The notes: generated by a model not told the origin, from the letters alone. A stretch of 64,000 bases of DNA from an uncultured delta proteobacterium (GCA_963840855.1 CAWJBB010000079.1:141487-205486), one strand, 5' to 3'. Positions 39,140-50,715 are shown, counted from the stretch's first letter. Numbers and translations are program-made.

Positions 39140-39270
39140 ACTAGTGAACTGTACCAGCTTCATAGCGTTTGCCGTTCATGGTTCGCGAGCCTCACCACGA
39201 ACGGCTTGTGCCTTGACCGTTCACCCTGAGCTTGTCGAATGACGTGAACCAACTGTTACAGGTCACTAGT
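39140..39270. mobile_element. MITE-like element with ACTAGTGAACTGTA terminal inverted repeats
   Basis: Imperfect 17-bp TIRs containing CTAG; internal sequence shared with 49262..49407. Confidence 0.7.
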
Positions 39271-39298
39271 AAAACGAACAATTCCAAGAAGCGATGGG

Positions 39299-41035
39299 TT
39301 AGAGCGGGATGATCGGGAGCAGGAGACATGCGGCCCGGCTGGGACCGATATGCAACATCGTCCTGCCCGCAAAAATCTCGCGTGACCGGTCGCGCGGCTC
39401 GTCGTGAAGAAAAGGGCCGCAGCCTTTTAGCTCGTTCTTGAAGCTCGCAATCCGCCCGCCGCTCGGCCCCGGGTACTCATAATCCTTTCCGCGCACAGTG
39501 AGGCCGATGCGATAGCCGGCGGGCACGACGATGGAGGTCGGCCAAATCTCGACGTCAAGCTCGACGATTTCGCCGGGTCGCAGCGGCTGCTCCTCATCGT
39601 GGGTGTGATACGGCCGGTAGGGCATACTCAGCTCCGGATCGAGCTTTCGATGCGATGCCCGCAGCCATCCTTGGCTGATAGGTGTGTGGGGATCGAGGGC
39701 GCCCTGGAACACGACCTCCTTGCCGTCACGGGAAAATACGCGCAGCACGATGAAGATGTCGGCGTCCGGCGTAGAAGATGAGACGAAGAGCTTAGCGGCC
39801 GAAGGCCCGGTGATCTCTGTCTCGCGTTCCAGCAGCGGCGAAAGAAACGTGACGCCGTCGTCCATGGCGTCGAACTCGATGCGTCCTTCGGCCGTAACGG
39901 GTGTCCAGCTCAGGCTGCGATCGGCGGGATTTAGATAGAGCCTCATCCAGCGCGTGCGGCCGATGGGCCATTGGTTTTCCTTGCGCTCGACAAATCCATC
40001 AATGCGCCGAATTTGCAGCCGAACCCGCGGTTCGTCGGCCCAGCCGTTGTCCATGCCTTTCAGAAGATAGTCGAAGAAGCGCTTCTGCAGCAGGCGCCCA
40101 TAATCGGTGTAGAAGTGCGTCCAGTGCTCTAGCCCGTGCAACTCCAGCCACTTCTGCTTTGACGCTGCGCGGACAAAACCCTCGACGTTGCCGCGCAAAT
40201 GTAGCCCTTGACCGCCCCAATTTCCTGCGGAGAGAAACGGTACCGTTACTTTCGACCAGACCGGCGAGCGGGCCTTGTGATAGTCGTCGTCGAGCGCATG
40301 GGCGAGGATTTCTTTGCCGAGTTCACAGCGATTTCTCGCCAGCTCTTCGTCCGAGAGCGTCTCGGATCCGCAGACAAGCTCACCGCCAACGCGGCTGCGC
40401 GGGCCGCGCTCGCCGAGTCCACACTGCACGGTCTTTACCTGCATGTCGTACCAATTCGTCCAGAAAGTGCAAAGAATGCCGCCATGGTGCGTCATGTCGC
40501 GATACCAATCGGCGGCGCCTTCCCAAATGCACATGGCCGCGAGGTGCGGCGGCTGAAGCGATGCCACGTGCCACTGGTTGATCGCATAGTAAGAAACTCC
40601 GTTAAGGCCCACCTTGCCGTTGCTCCACGGCTGGATTCCCGCCCATTCGATGCAGCTGTAGAAATCCTTGGTCTCGCGCGCGGAGAAATGGTCGACGTAG
40701 CCGGGAGAGCTACCGCAGCCGCGCGCGTCCACACGTATGCAGACGTAGCCTTCCGGCACCCACTTCTCCGGATCGACGACTTCCCAGTTCTGGTATTTGT
40801 TGGTTGAGCCCGCCGCAACCTCCGGATGCTGCTCGATCATCCGCTGCCATTGGTTGGGGTAGCCGTCCTGAAAGGCGAGCCCTTTCGCGTAAGGACCGTA
40901 GCTCAGGATGACCGGGTATTTCCCGTCAGAGATCGGACGGAATATATCGGCGCGCAGAACGAGGCGGTCGTCCATCGTGATCGGCATGTTCCACTCGATG
41001 CGCATGCCGTCCCTTATTTCAGAGCGATGCTCCAT
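39299..41035 (-). CDS. CocE/NonD family hydrolase
   Basis: LRADIFRP, GPYAK, QPWSNGKVGLNGVSY nucleophile elbow, C-terminal GWLRASHR/EIWPTS domain. Confidence 0.92.
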   Translation of the reverse strand: MEHRSEIRDGMRIEWNMPITMDDRLVLRADIFRPISDGKYPVILSYGPYAKGLAFQDGYPNQWQRMIEQHPEVAAGSTNKYQNWEVVDPEKWVPEGYVCIRVDARGCGSSPGYVDHFSARETKDFYSCIEWAGIQPWSNGKVGLNGVSYYAINQWHVASLQPPHLAAMCIWEGAADWYRDMTHHGGILCTFWTNWYDMQVKTVQCGLGERGPRSRVGGELVCGSETLSDEELARNRCELGKEILAHALDDDYHKARSPVWSKVTVPFLSAGNWGGQGLHLRGNVEGFVRAASKQKWLELHGLEHWTHFYTDYGRLLQKRFFDYLLKGMDNGWADEPRVRLQIRRIDGFVERKENQWPIGRTRWMRLYLNPADRSLSWTPVTAEGRIEFDAMDDGVTFLSPLLERETEITGPSAAKLFVSSSTPDADIFIVLRVFSRDGKEVVFQGALDPHTPISQGWLRASHRKLDPELSMPYRPYHTHDEEQPLRPGEIVELDVEIWPTSIVVPAGYRIGLTVRGKDYEYPGPSGGRIASFKNELKGCGPFLHDEPRDRSREIFAGRTMLHIGPSRAACLLLPIIPL

Positions 41036-41304
41036 CTTTCGAATAGCCGCGCGTTCAATCCTGGATTCCGCAAGTCAATAAGCTAATAGCACGTGAGCGA
41101 GGTGCAAGCCTGGAGTAGCGAAGGCACCCAACTCCGAAATTTCAAAGTCCTTTTCGATGTTTTGCACCTCGTTGTTGTAACTCTTGAATTTCTCATCAAA
41201 GCACCGATGATCGATGTCCGCTCATCAGAGGCAGAGACCCATTGACTTCGTACGGAAGGGTTGCGCCTCGCTCTTTGCATCGATCGCAACTGCGGAATCT
41301 GGGT

Positions 41305-41973
41305 TCAATCGATCTTCGCGAAGAAGCGAGCCGGCGCGCCCTCGGTTCCCTCGATTTTGTAAAACGGCGCGTAGAACGGCACCCGTTGGCGCGGCAGTGC
41401 TCCCAGGTTGGTGATCCCCTCCATGATCACGATTCCCGCGCCGAGAATCACGCGGTGCATCGGGAAATCCTCGGAGGTGAAATCGGGAAGCCGCGCGCAG
41501 TATTCCTCAAAGAAATCGAAACCGATCGACTTGGGGTCTTTGGCCACAAGCCACTCGGCCGACTCCGGCGGAAAGAATGGCGACTGGGTGAAGTAGTCGG
41601 GCCACTTGCCGTACATCTTATCGGTCCAATCGGTGCGGAGAAGGACGATATCGCTCTTTTTCACTTTGTCGGCGCCACCGCGTTTGAGGTCGTCGATGGT
41701 GATTTTGTGGTTGGCGCCGACGAATGAGAGATCAATGCTTACGGCCTCGCCGATGACCTGATCCAAACTGATCTCGGCCGTGGTGATCCCGTCCTTGAAG
41801 ACGTGCAGCGGAGAATCGATGTGAGCGCCTGTGTGGAGTCCCTGACTAACGCTCGAGACCTGCCAGAAGCCCGGGCCACGGCGATGCGGTGTGATATCCA
41901 CCCGAAGATTGGTGGAGGGAGGGCTCAGCGTATTGCTGTTTACGGCAACCGAAAGATCAATGAGTCTAGCCAT
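41305..41973 (-). CDS. Cyclase family metal-dependent hydrolase (kynurenine formamidase-like)
   Basis: HTGAHIDSPLH, HRVILG, IMEG, GAPARF. Confidence 0.9.
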   Translation of the reverse strand: MARLIDLSVAVNSNTLSPPSTNLRVDITPHRRGPGFWQVSSVSQGLHTGAHIDSPLHVFKDGITTAEISLDQVIGEAVSIDLSFVGANHKITIDDLKRGGADKVKKSDIVLLRTDWTDKMYGKWPDYFTQSPFFPPESAEWLVAKDPKSIGFDFFEEYCARLPDFTSEDFPMHRVILGAGIVIMEGITNLGALPRQRVPFYAPFYKIEGTEGAPARFFAKID

Positions 41974-42068
41974 TTTGTGCCTCAGCCAGCGGGATACCTA
42001 GAGGCTAACGTCTGACATATGATTCGACGATGTTCGAGGTGATTCATTTGCATGCGCCACAAATCTCC

Positions 42069-44425
42069 CTCTTTTGGTAAACTAATCGTTAGCCGTAACG
42101 GTTTGCTAGACACGGGGGGTGAGAGCAGATGTGGGCAAAGTTGAGCGCATGAATTTCCAGGTTGCGGCAATGTCGTCGAGACGTTGGATTCTAGCAAAGA
42201 GATTTGGTGCAGGTCTCCGTCGCTTCGGCGGCGAGAAAGCCGCGAGGCTAGCACCATGCGGACAGCTTCTCTGAGGGTGGGCGGTTGATCCGGAGGTTTT
42301 GGATCTTGTCGGACAAAACAATACAAGGCTTTCCACTCGGCTTCTTCAAAGAAAACCGAGCACGGCACATCGGGAGTCTCGCGTCCGAGCTTGGTCAAGT
42401 GAAAGATGCGCCACGCCACTACCATGTCTATAGCCAGGCACGCCTCAAGACGATCGGCGCTACCAACTGGCGCTCTTCGATCTTGCAACCGCTTTTCAAG
42501 GTGCGGTGATAGACTCAATCCCCCAACGTTGGCATACCAGGAAAGCTTTCCACAGCCTGATCAAAGTTTTCACGCACGTCGTGAGCAGCATCCACTGAAG
42601 CGGCTCGATCCCTTGGGGACAATCGATCTCCTGAGCCACAATCGCGTGATGTCGAGCTCTTTGAACTCAAGCTTGCGACTCGGCGGAGTCAGCTTCACTC
42701 GCCCAAAGCGCACCTCCAAGCGCGCCTCTCGGGGTGCGCGCTTACCTGACGCGGCACGCTGATAACTGCAGTTCGGCCACAGGCTGTTTGGCCATATGCT
42801 CCCACAACCGGCCTGACCGTCGGCCAACAGCCGATCATGTTCAGCGCGCACCAGCAACTGCGCTCCACAGGGGTTTTTCAAAGCCAAGTGGAAAAACTCA
42901 TAAATATCGGCTTCCCGGTCTGCCACACTGATAGTGTGGTGTTAGAACAGCGCCTCGCAGCTCGCTGACTTTGTTAAAACTCTTAAGCCACTTCTGACTC
43001 TCTTTGTGCTCGATGGAAAGCTCGTGACGAAACTGCCTTTTACCAAACTGTTTAGGATCTCTCGCCCAACACTGCACATCGAGAAGCCCCAAGGGAGTGC
43101 CCGCTACATTGACGCCATCGAGTCATGCAGCAAAGTCCAACGACCCCTTGGGACTTGGGGCTAATGGGACCCAGGCCTTCGGTGAGTGGGTGAGCGCTGT
43201 AGTTAACGGTGGTGGTGTCCTGCACTACCAGGACTATCTTCTCTTCGCTGATGCGCTGAAGGGTCGCCTCGTAGTGAGACTTAAGAAGCTTATCCATCGT
43301 GACCTTAGGGTGATCGAAAAACCGATAGCCGCTCTGGTCTTGGCTCGGCTTTGACAAGCCTGAGGCAGATTCGCCTGAGGACGCTCATAGAAATCGCGCG
43401 CCAGAGTCAAAAGCCTTCGTTCAGCCGCTCATCGTTAAGCTCTGCCTCGCCAAACTCCTGTTGCGCCCAATCCTCATGCTTTTCAGGCGGCGAGGCTCAG
43501 GCTCTACCTAGAGACAGCGCTACAGAGAACTCACGCGCCTGTTGCGCAGACTATACACATACACATCTTTTTCGCTCAGCGGAAATGTTTTCGCGATCCT
43601 GTCGTCCCCGCCAGAAGTTTGTCCCAGATACAGCCAATTGGCGGCCGATAAGAACTCCCAAAAAGCGGCTGCGATCCACAAAGGTCTCAGCAACACAGGC
43701 TCAAAACCATAACGCTCTTGCCAGTCGGCTCTAAGCCGGCCATCGCCTGCGCGAGCACATGGCTCGCCAAGTTTTGACTTGACCCACGGCAGAATCAAAA
43801 ACCGACTGTTCGAGACCACCTTGGCAAATTTTCTTGGCGCGCCTATCGCTCCAGCCAATCCAGCGATCGCGCGCCTTAACACGCCACGCCGAAGCGCTGA
43901 AAGCCAGCCCTCCCAACCATTGGCCTTGCCGCTCCTGATCAAATAGCGCAGCTGCGCTCCGCAAAGCGGCCCCGAGCCCAAATAATGATAGCGCCCATCA
44001 ACTCATTCCAACACCTAGAAGCGTGCTCTCAGCGCTGCTCACCTAACCAACTCCACCCCGCCCAACTCTGCCAGACACACTGGATCGGCTCAGGGGTTGC
44101 GAGCGGGCACACAACTCGCTCTACGCCCAGGCACGCGCTGAGTCAGCGGCCGCAACCGGATCACGCCGCGCCGATCAAGCCTCGAAAGCGCTACGCGACA
44201 ACTCATCTCCTTGAGCTTACCGTTGGGGCTGCGCCAGTTCAGTTTCCCACACACCGGCGCGACAACGCCACCCGAGACATCCGCGGCTCGCGCTCGATCG
44301 TCGCTTGAATGTACGCGATGGTTTGTCCGAAAACGTTTGCCGACAAACGACCACGTAGGCAAAATAGCACTTAGCGCCCCCGTGTCCAGTCAAAAGATGT
44401 GTCGCACAATTAGTTTGGTAAAGAG
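42069..44425 (-). mobile_element. Decayed IS4-family (IS50/Tn5-like) element with N-terminal DUF4338 domain
   Basis: Fragments MSCRVAL, GPLCGAQLRYL, NSRFLILPWV (DUF4338); YRFFDHPKV, VQDTT, DREADIYE, LTKLGRETPD (IS4 DDE); imperfect end repeats at 42069..42086 and 44409..44425; many frameshifts. Confidence 0.82.
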
Positions 44426-44588
44426 AGGTTAACGCTTCTCGGAGACATCTCCCCTTTAAAAAAAGGGGGACACAGGGGGATTGATTCAGCTAATGCCATG
44501 GCGTGAATAGTAAAGAAGGGACAACTAGAAGAAAGATCAGAGACAGAGCGATGGCGACGAAAAATCCATCACACATATAAGCCTCCAG

Positions 44589-45509
44589 TCAGTCTTTTTT
44601 CTCCGATGGACGATCCATTTCCAATCCGGCCAGGAGTTCGTAGGTCGTGACGAGAGCAGCCAGATCTTCGTTGCCTCGTCCAGCCGCGGCGGCGGCTGTG
44701 ACCAGCTGCTGCGTGATGCTCGTCAGCGGCAGCGGAACTCCGAGGCGAAGCCCTTCTTCCAACATGAGCTTAAAGTCTTTCAAGAAAAGATCGATCTTCA
44801 TCTGAGCATCGAACCGATGGCTCACCATGAGCGGACCGCGCACGTCGACCATCTTCGACGCGCCGGCACTTTCTTTGAGAATTTCAACCAGCGCGCCCGG
44901 CGCCAAACCCGCTTTTGCGCCGAGGACGAGCGCCTCTGCCAGCGCCGCAGTGTTGAGCCCGACCAACAGGTTTGTCGCAAGCTTCGCGAGCGAGGCCATG
45001 CCGACATTCCCCACGTAGTGAGTTTTCTTTGCAATCGCGTCGAAGATAGGCTGGCAAGCATCGGTCCGCCAACGGTCACCGGCGACAAAAATCGCGCAGT
45101 CGCCGCGCTCGACCATCGCACTGGTGCCGCTCATCGGCGCGTCGAGAAATCCAAGCGCTTTGGCGGCCGCGGCATTGCCGAGACGGCGAGTCAGATTTGG
45201 TGAGACCGTGCTCATCTGGATCACAGTGCAATTCTGCGGCGCGGTCTCGATCAATCCCCCTGCGCCGAGGATCGTGGTCTCGACGCTCTCGAGCGAAGGG
45301 AGAATTGTGAAGACGGCGTCGGCTTCTGCCGCGGCCGCCGCAATGCTCGCCGCTGCGACCAGTCCCTGGGTCTGAAGGGCTTTTACCTGTTCGAGGCGGG
45401 TGTCGTAGGCCGCAACCTCGAAGCCACCCTTAAGGAGGCGCGAAGCTACCGCACTACCAAGAAGCCCGACTCCGATGATACCGATTCGTTTCATTTGAGA
45501 GTTTTTCAT
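44589..45509 (-). CDS. 3-hydroxyisobutyrate dehydrogenase family NAD(P)-dependent oxidoreductase
   Basis: IGIIGVGLLG, FLDAPMSG, AKLATN, LKDF. Confidence 0.9.
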   Translation of the reverse strand: MKNSQMKRIGIIGVGLLGSAVASRLLKGGFEVAAYDTRLEQVKALQTQGLVAAASIAAAAAEADAVFTILPSLESVETTILGAGGLIETAPQNCTVIQMSTVSPNLTRRLGNAAAAKALGFLDAPMSGTSAMVERGDCAIFVAGDRWRTDACQPIFDAIAKKTHYVGNVGMASLAKLATNLLVGLNTAALAEALVLGAKAGLAPGALVEILKESAGASKMVDVRGPLMVSHRFDAQMKIDLFLKDFKLMLEEGLRLGVPLPLTSITQQLVTAAAAAGRGNEDLAALVTTYELLAGLEMDRPSEKKD

Positions 45510-45704
45510 TGAAAACGTTAGAGTCCCGGATTCGAGAAGTTGAAAAGTTGGGCGACCTTTTGCTACCACCCACCCCGGCACTTGTCAATTAGCTCACGGG
45601 CTGCATACCATCAGAAGAGTTTCAAGTTTCATGTCTCAGGTTTCAGGTTTAACTCGAAACGCGGAACTCGAAACCCCTGGACTGAATTAGACAGGAGGCA
45701 CGCC

Positions 45705-46585
45705 ATGGTCTTCCCACGCGATCAAATTCCATACTCGGCGATCATCGACCGCCCCGCACTTCGTCTGCCAAAATCCGCTCGGGTCGTGGTGTGGGTCATC
45801 GTCAACGTAGAGGAGTGGGATATTCAAGGTCCGATGCCGCGCACCGTGCTCCCGCCGCCGAGCGGAGCGCAAGTCATCCCCGACGTTCCCAACTTCGCCT
45901 GGTCTGAATACGGCATGCGTGTCGGATTCTGGCGCCTGAAATCAGTTCTCGACAAGCACAAGATCAAAGCCACCCTGGCAATCAACGCTTCCGTTTGCCT
46001 CACCTATCCAAGAATCGCTGAAGCTTCGCGAGAGGCCGGCTGGGAATTCATGGGCCACGGTTTCATCCAGAAGCCCATGCATCAGGTCGAAGATCAACGC
46101 GAGGCGATCCGGAAGTCCGTGGAGGTGATCCGCAAATTTACGGGGAAGGCGCCGTCAGGCTGGCTCGGTCCAGGGCTCACCGAGACGCCGGAAACTCTCG
46201 ATCTGCTGGCCGAGGCCGGCCTTCAGTACGTCGCCGACTGGGTCAACGACGACCAACCCTACGAAATCAAGACCGCCCACGGCCCGCTCTTCTCGATTCC
46301 TTATGCGTGGAGCTTAACGACATCCCGATGATGGTTCTGCAGCACCACGACGCGGAGGAGTTTTTCCGCCGGGCTAAGGATCAGTTCGAAACGCTCTACG
46401 CTGAAGGAGCGAAAAGCGCCCGCGTGATGGCGATTGCGGTGCATCCGTATATCAGCGGCGTGCCGCATCGGATCAAGTATTTCGAGAAGACCTTTGCCTA
46501 CTTGAAAAAACAGAAGGGCGTTCTCTTCTGGACCGGTGAAGAGATTCTGGAGTGGTATCGAGCGACGCGATCAAAGCACGGGTGA
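45705..46585 (+). CDS. Polysaccharide deacetylase family, PuuE/allantoinase-like; frameshift near 46305
   Basis: VNVEEW, EYGMRVGFWR, MGHG, GWLGPGL, DDQPY, ELND, AVHPYISG; GGAGG RBS. Confidence 0.85.
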
Positions 46586-46708
46586 GCGGATCTCATCCCG
46601 TTTTCACGGGAATGACGGATGGCCGGAAGAACATCTCAGCGGTTCACACCTAGACTATGTTTGATTTTCGATTGAATCTAATATCGGCAATCCAAAATCC
46701 AAAATAAT

Positions 46709-47689
46709 TCATGTGTCATAGATTTCCGGGTTGTAGAGGTTCGGCGGCTTCCTGCCCTCGATGACGGAGATGGCATTGTCAACCAGGATGCCCGCGACCC
46801 GTTCGCGCGTATCAAGCGCGGCGCTTCCGAGGTGAGGAGTTAACACCACGTTGGCCAAGTTGATGAGGCCCGGCTCGACCATCGGCTCACGCTCATACAC
46901 GTCGAGCGCCGCGCCGGCGATCCGCTTCTCTTCCAGCGCTCGCACCAGAGCCTTCTCATCTACAATGGGACCGCGTGCCGTGTTCACGAGATACGCGCTC
47001 GGCCGCATGAGAGCCAACTCTCGCTGGCCGATCAGGTGGACAGTCTCAGGGCTCAGCGCGGCATTGACCGAGACGAAGTCGGATTCCTTCAAGAGATCGT
47101 CCAAGCTTCGGTACTCGACACCGAGCGCCGCTTCTCGCGCTTCATCGAGTCTGCGACGCTTTGTGTAGAGGATGCGCATGCGAAATCCTCGGGCGCGCCG
47201 GGCCACGGCTTCGCCGATGGCGCCGAGTCCGACAATGCCCAAAGTCTTGCCGTTGACTTCACCGCCGACGAAATGGAGCGACTGGCTGCCGGGAAAAATC
47301 CCCGAGCGGAGAGCGCGATCGCCTTCCACGATTCGGCGCGCCACGGCCATAAGAAGCGCCCAATGGAGATCTGCCGTGGCTTCAGTAACGAGCGGCGAAA
47401 TGTTTGTCACGGGTATGCGCCGCGCGTTCGCCGCCGCCACATCGACTCCAGATGGCGTGATCGCCATCGAGGCGATCAGCTTGAGATTGGGGTTGGCGTT
47501 GATAACTTCAGCGTCCACGCGATCGTGCAGCATGCAGACGAGATAGTCGTTCCGCCTGAGTGCGGCGATCAGCTCAGGTTTCGTGATGATATGAGTGGAA
47601 TCAGGGTTCAATTCGACTTCAGCGACTTCCCGAAGGCGGGCCAACGCGTTTTCCGGGATCGGCTGTGTAAGAAAGATTCTTGGAGCCAT
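46709..47689 (-). CDS. D-2-hydroxyacid dehydrogenase (glyoxylate/hydroxypyruvate reductase-like)
   Basis: GIVGLGAIG, NTARG, LDVYERE, PHLGS. Confidence 0.92.
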   Translation of the reverse strand: MAPRIFLTQPIPENALARLREVAEVELNPDSTHIITKPELIAALRRNDYLVCMLHDRVDAEVINANPNLKLIASMAITPSGVDVAAANARRIPVTNISPLVTEATADLHWALLMAVARRIVEGDRALRSGIFPGSQSLHFVGGEVNGKTLGIVGLGAIGEAVARRARGFRMRILYTKRRRLDEAREAALGVEYRSLDDLLKESDFVSVNAALSPETVHLIGQRELALMRPSAYLVNTARGPIVDEKALVRALEEKRIAGAALDVYEREPMVEPGLINLANVVLTPHLGSAALDTRERVAGILVDNAISVIEGRKPPNLYNPEIYDT

Positions 47690-47930
47690 TGCTTGACGTT
47701 CGAGACGATTATCTCAGCCTGCAAAAACATACCACCAACAGGTCGGAACGAGAAGAGAGAGCACAATGGGTAGTGGTTCACTTTAGAGCAAGATCCCTCG
47801 TCCTGCGGCTCGGAATGACAATTCGACACTGCTCGTCATTTCGAGGGCCTTCGACTAAGCTCATGGCCAAACTCCGCGAGAAATCCTGCTTCCTGATAGC
47901 GGGGGGAATTTTAATTGAACCAACCGGAGA

Positions 47931-47959
47931 TTGACAATCATTGCTGAGATGACTTAAGT
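47931..47959 (+). promoter_or_regulatory. sigma70-like promoter upstream of the M24 gene
   Basis: TTGACA-17 nt-TTAAGT; TAAGGAGG RBS downstream. Confidence 0.4.
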
Positions 47960-48015
47960 GTCGCTATCTGAAAACCAAATGTGAATTGCCTTACTCCTAT
48001 AACTAAGGAGGCTCT

Positions 48016-49266
48016 ATGGTAACCCGCAGCACATCGAGTTTCGGCCTGGTCGGCACCGATTGGCAGCAGCGCATCAACTGGGAGCGCCTGAGGAAGTACC
48101 GCTTGAATCGCGCCCGAGACGCGATGAAGCGAAATGGCCTGGGTGCTCTGCTCGCAATGTACGATGAAAACGTCCGCTACATCTCCAGCACCGTTACCCC
48201 CGGCTGGTGTCGGCTAAAGCCCGGCCTGCGTTACGCGTTGCTTTGCGAAGGCTCCGAGCCGATCCTTTTCGAGCAGGGAGACATCGGCATACAGATCAAT
48301 CGCCACTGCCCGTGGATTCCGCGCGATAACGTGCGCTACGCATACTCGTGGATCAAAGGAGCCGTCGGCGGCGCTTCGCGCCAGCAGGTGAAAAAGTTTA
48401 CCAACGCAATTGTCGAGGAGCTCAGGAAGTACCATGTGGAGAAAGCGCCTCTTGGGGTCGACTTCATCGACCTCAACATGATGAACGCTTTTAAGGAGGC
48501 GGACATCAATTATACCGACGGCGCATCGCCGATGGTGGAAGCGCGCGCGATCAAGAACGAGGATGAGCTGGAAGCGATGCGGATTGTGGCGGCTATCTGC
48601 GATGCCTGCCATTCCGCCATCTCCAAGTTCATCAGGCCCGGCATGCAGGAGCATCAGATTACCGCCTACGCCATGAACTTCCTGTATAACATTCCTGGAG
48701 TCGAAGACGTGGAGGACATTATTGTCTCCTCAGGCCCGAACAGCTGGCCCAACTGGCGTCATTTTTCTGATCGCATCATCCAGCCCGGCGATCTCGTGAT
48801 CATCGACATGGCGGCGGTCACCTGGAACGGTTACAAAAGCTGCATGTATCGCACTTACTGTGTCGGCAAAAAGCCGACCCAGGAGCAGAAGGACTACTAC
48901 AACATCGCTTATGAGTGGCTCTATCGGGCAATAGACAAAGTGACGCCCGGAGCGACGACCAAAGAAATCGCGGAGTGCTGGCCCTCAGCGATGGATACGT
49001 GGGGCTACAAGGAAGAGGATCAGGCTGCGGCCAACCTCTGGGGCCATGGACTCGGTTTGGCCCAGTATGACACTCCGGTCATCTCGCGGATTTACTCGCT
49101 GGATTTCCCTGTAGTCATTCAGCCCGGAATGAGCTTCGCTTTAGAGACGCAGCACGGCAAACCGCTTCAGTGGGGCGTGAGATTAGAAGAAATGATGGTA
49201 GTAACGGAAAAAGGCCCGGAGGTCACCACGCAATTTCCGATAGAAGAAATTACCGTCATCGACTAG
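48016..49266 (+). CDS. M24 (pita-bread) Xaa-Pro peptidase-like protein
   Basis: ENVRY, RAIKNEDE, IIDM, GHGLG, ALET, GVRLEE. Confidence 0.88.
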   Translation: MVTRSTSSFGLVGTDWQQRINWERLRKYRLNRARDAMKRNGLGALLAMYDENVRYISSTVTPGWCRLKPGLRYALLCEGSEPILFEQGDIGIQINRHCPWIPRDNVRYAYSWIKGAVGGASRQQVKKFTNAIVEELRKYHVEKAPLGVDFIDLNMMNAFKEADINYTDGASPMVEARAIKNEDELEAMRIVAAICDACHSAISKFIRPGMQEHQITAYAMNFLYNIPGVEDVEDIIVSSGPNSWPNWRHFSDRIIQPGDLVIIDMAAVTWNGYKSCMYRTYCVGKKPTQEQKDYYNIAYEWLYRAIDKVTPGATTKEIAECWPSAMDTWGYKEEDQAAANLWGHGLGLAQYDTPVISRIYSLDFPVVIQPGMSFALETQHGKPLQWGVRLEEMMVVTEKGPEVTTQFPIEEITVID

Positions 49267-49407
49267 TGAACTGTAACAGCTACATAGCGTTTGCCGTTCA
49301 TGGTTCGAGAGCCTCACCACGAACGGCTTATGCCTTGACCGTTCACCCTGAGCTTGTCGAAGGGTTCCTCGAATTTAGACACGAATTAACGGTTACAGTT
49401 CACTAGT
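49262..49407. mobile_element. MITE-like element with perfect 16-bp TIR ACTAGTGAACTGTAAC; overlaps the M24 stop codon
   Basis: TIRs read directly; internal CCGTTCACCCTGAGCTTGTCGAAGGG hairpin. Confidence 0.75.
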
Positions 49408-49438
49408 GTCCTGTCCCGGAAATTCCGTGGACAATTCG

Positions 49439-50552
49439 ATGGTCCTTGACGACATTCCCAACGGCACCGGACACCACGGTAGATACGAGGTTTCGATTAA
49501 GCGCCGAACTAAAACACCGAAGCTGCGAAAGCGCGCGGCTGCCCAAGCCCGGCGCTCGCATGACGCCACGGGCACGATCGACATTCACGCCCACTTCGTC
49601 CCGGAAGAGTATCTCCGGATTATCGAGGCGGAAGGAGAACCTTACGGCGTACGCCTCCGGCCTGGTCCGGATGGACCGATGATCTTGGTCGGCCAAGCCA
49701 CGATTGGCCCGATCACAGCGCACTATCACAATCTAGACCTCCGGCTGAAAGCCATGAATAGGCAGGATGTGACGGTGCATGCTCTTTCGCTCAACCCGCC
49801 GATGGTCTACTGGGCGGATGGCGCTCTCGGCATCCGCTTGGCGAGAATCGTCAACGACGCGATGGCCGAGGCAACGCGGTTGCATCCGGACCGCTTCGTC
49901 GCTCTCGCCACGCTCCCCATGCAAGATCCCGAGGCTGCTGTGACTGAACTGAATCGGGCAGTGACACAACTCGGTTGCCGCGGCATCTATCTCGGCACGA
50001 ACATTCGCGGAAAAGAGCTGACCGATCCTTTGTTCCTGCCGGTCTTTGAGCGCATCCAGGCGCTGCAAGCGCCGGTTTTTCTTCATCCGCTCAACGTCAT
50101 CGGCTCCCAGCGGCTTACCAACTACTACTTGCATAACCTTCTGGGAAATCCGTTTGACACCGCGGTCGCAGCCGCCAACTTGATCTTCAGCGGACTTCTT
50201 GATCGTTTTCCCAAGCTCAATATCTGCCTGCCGCATGCCGGCGGCGCCTTTCCCTATCTCATCGGCCGTCTCGATCGCGGTTGGAAAGTGCGACAGGAGT
50301 GCAAGGCGCTCAAGAGGCCCCCTTCGAACTATCTGAGGCGTTTCACCTACGACACGATCAGCCACGCTCCGGCATCACTTGATTATCTCATCAAACTCGT
50401 GGGCGATCGATCGCGTGATGATGGGAAGCGATTTCTGCTTTGACATGGGCTACGAGCGGCCGGTCAAAGCCGTAAGCGCGCTCAAGCTAAGCCGCACTGA
50501 TCAAGAAAAAATCCTCGGCGGCAACGCCGCGCGCTTACTTCGGCTCAGATAG
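49439..50552 (+). CDS. Amidohydrolase-2 family (ACMSD-like); start uncertain, frameshift near 50405
   Basis: IDIHAH, FLHP, PHAGG; shifted frame gives RVMMGSDFCFDMG...GGNAARLL. Confidence 0.85.
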
Positions 50553-50715
50553 ATCACATTCCCGAAAGCTTTAGGCTTTCTGCCCGCTGTAAAGTTTCCG
50601 GACAAGCTTCCGGGCAAATTTGCACAACACGCAATCCTACTAAAGGCCGACACTAGCACCGGTTTTTGGATTGCCGATTTTCAATTGAATCGGAAACGAA
50701 AATCGGCAGCGCGGC

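Noticed and set aside
43500-44425. Druantia anti-phage system
   Set aside because: Only a broken DUF4338 domain inside an IS; no DruE helicase or other Dru genes.
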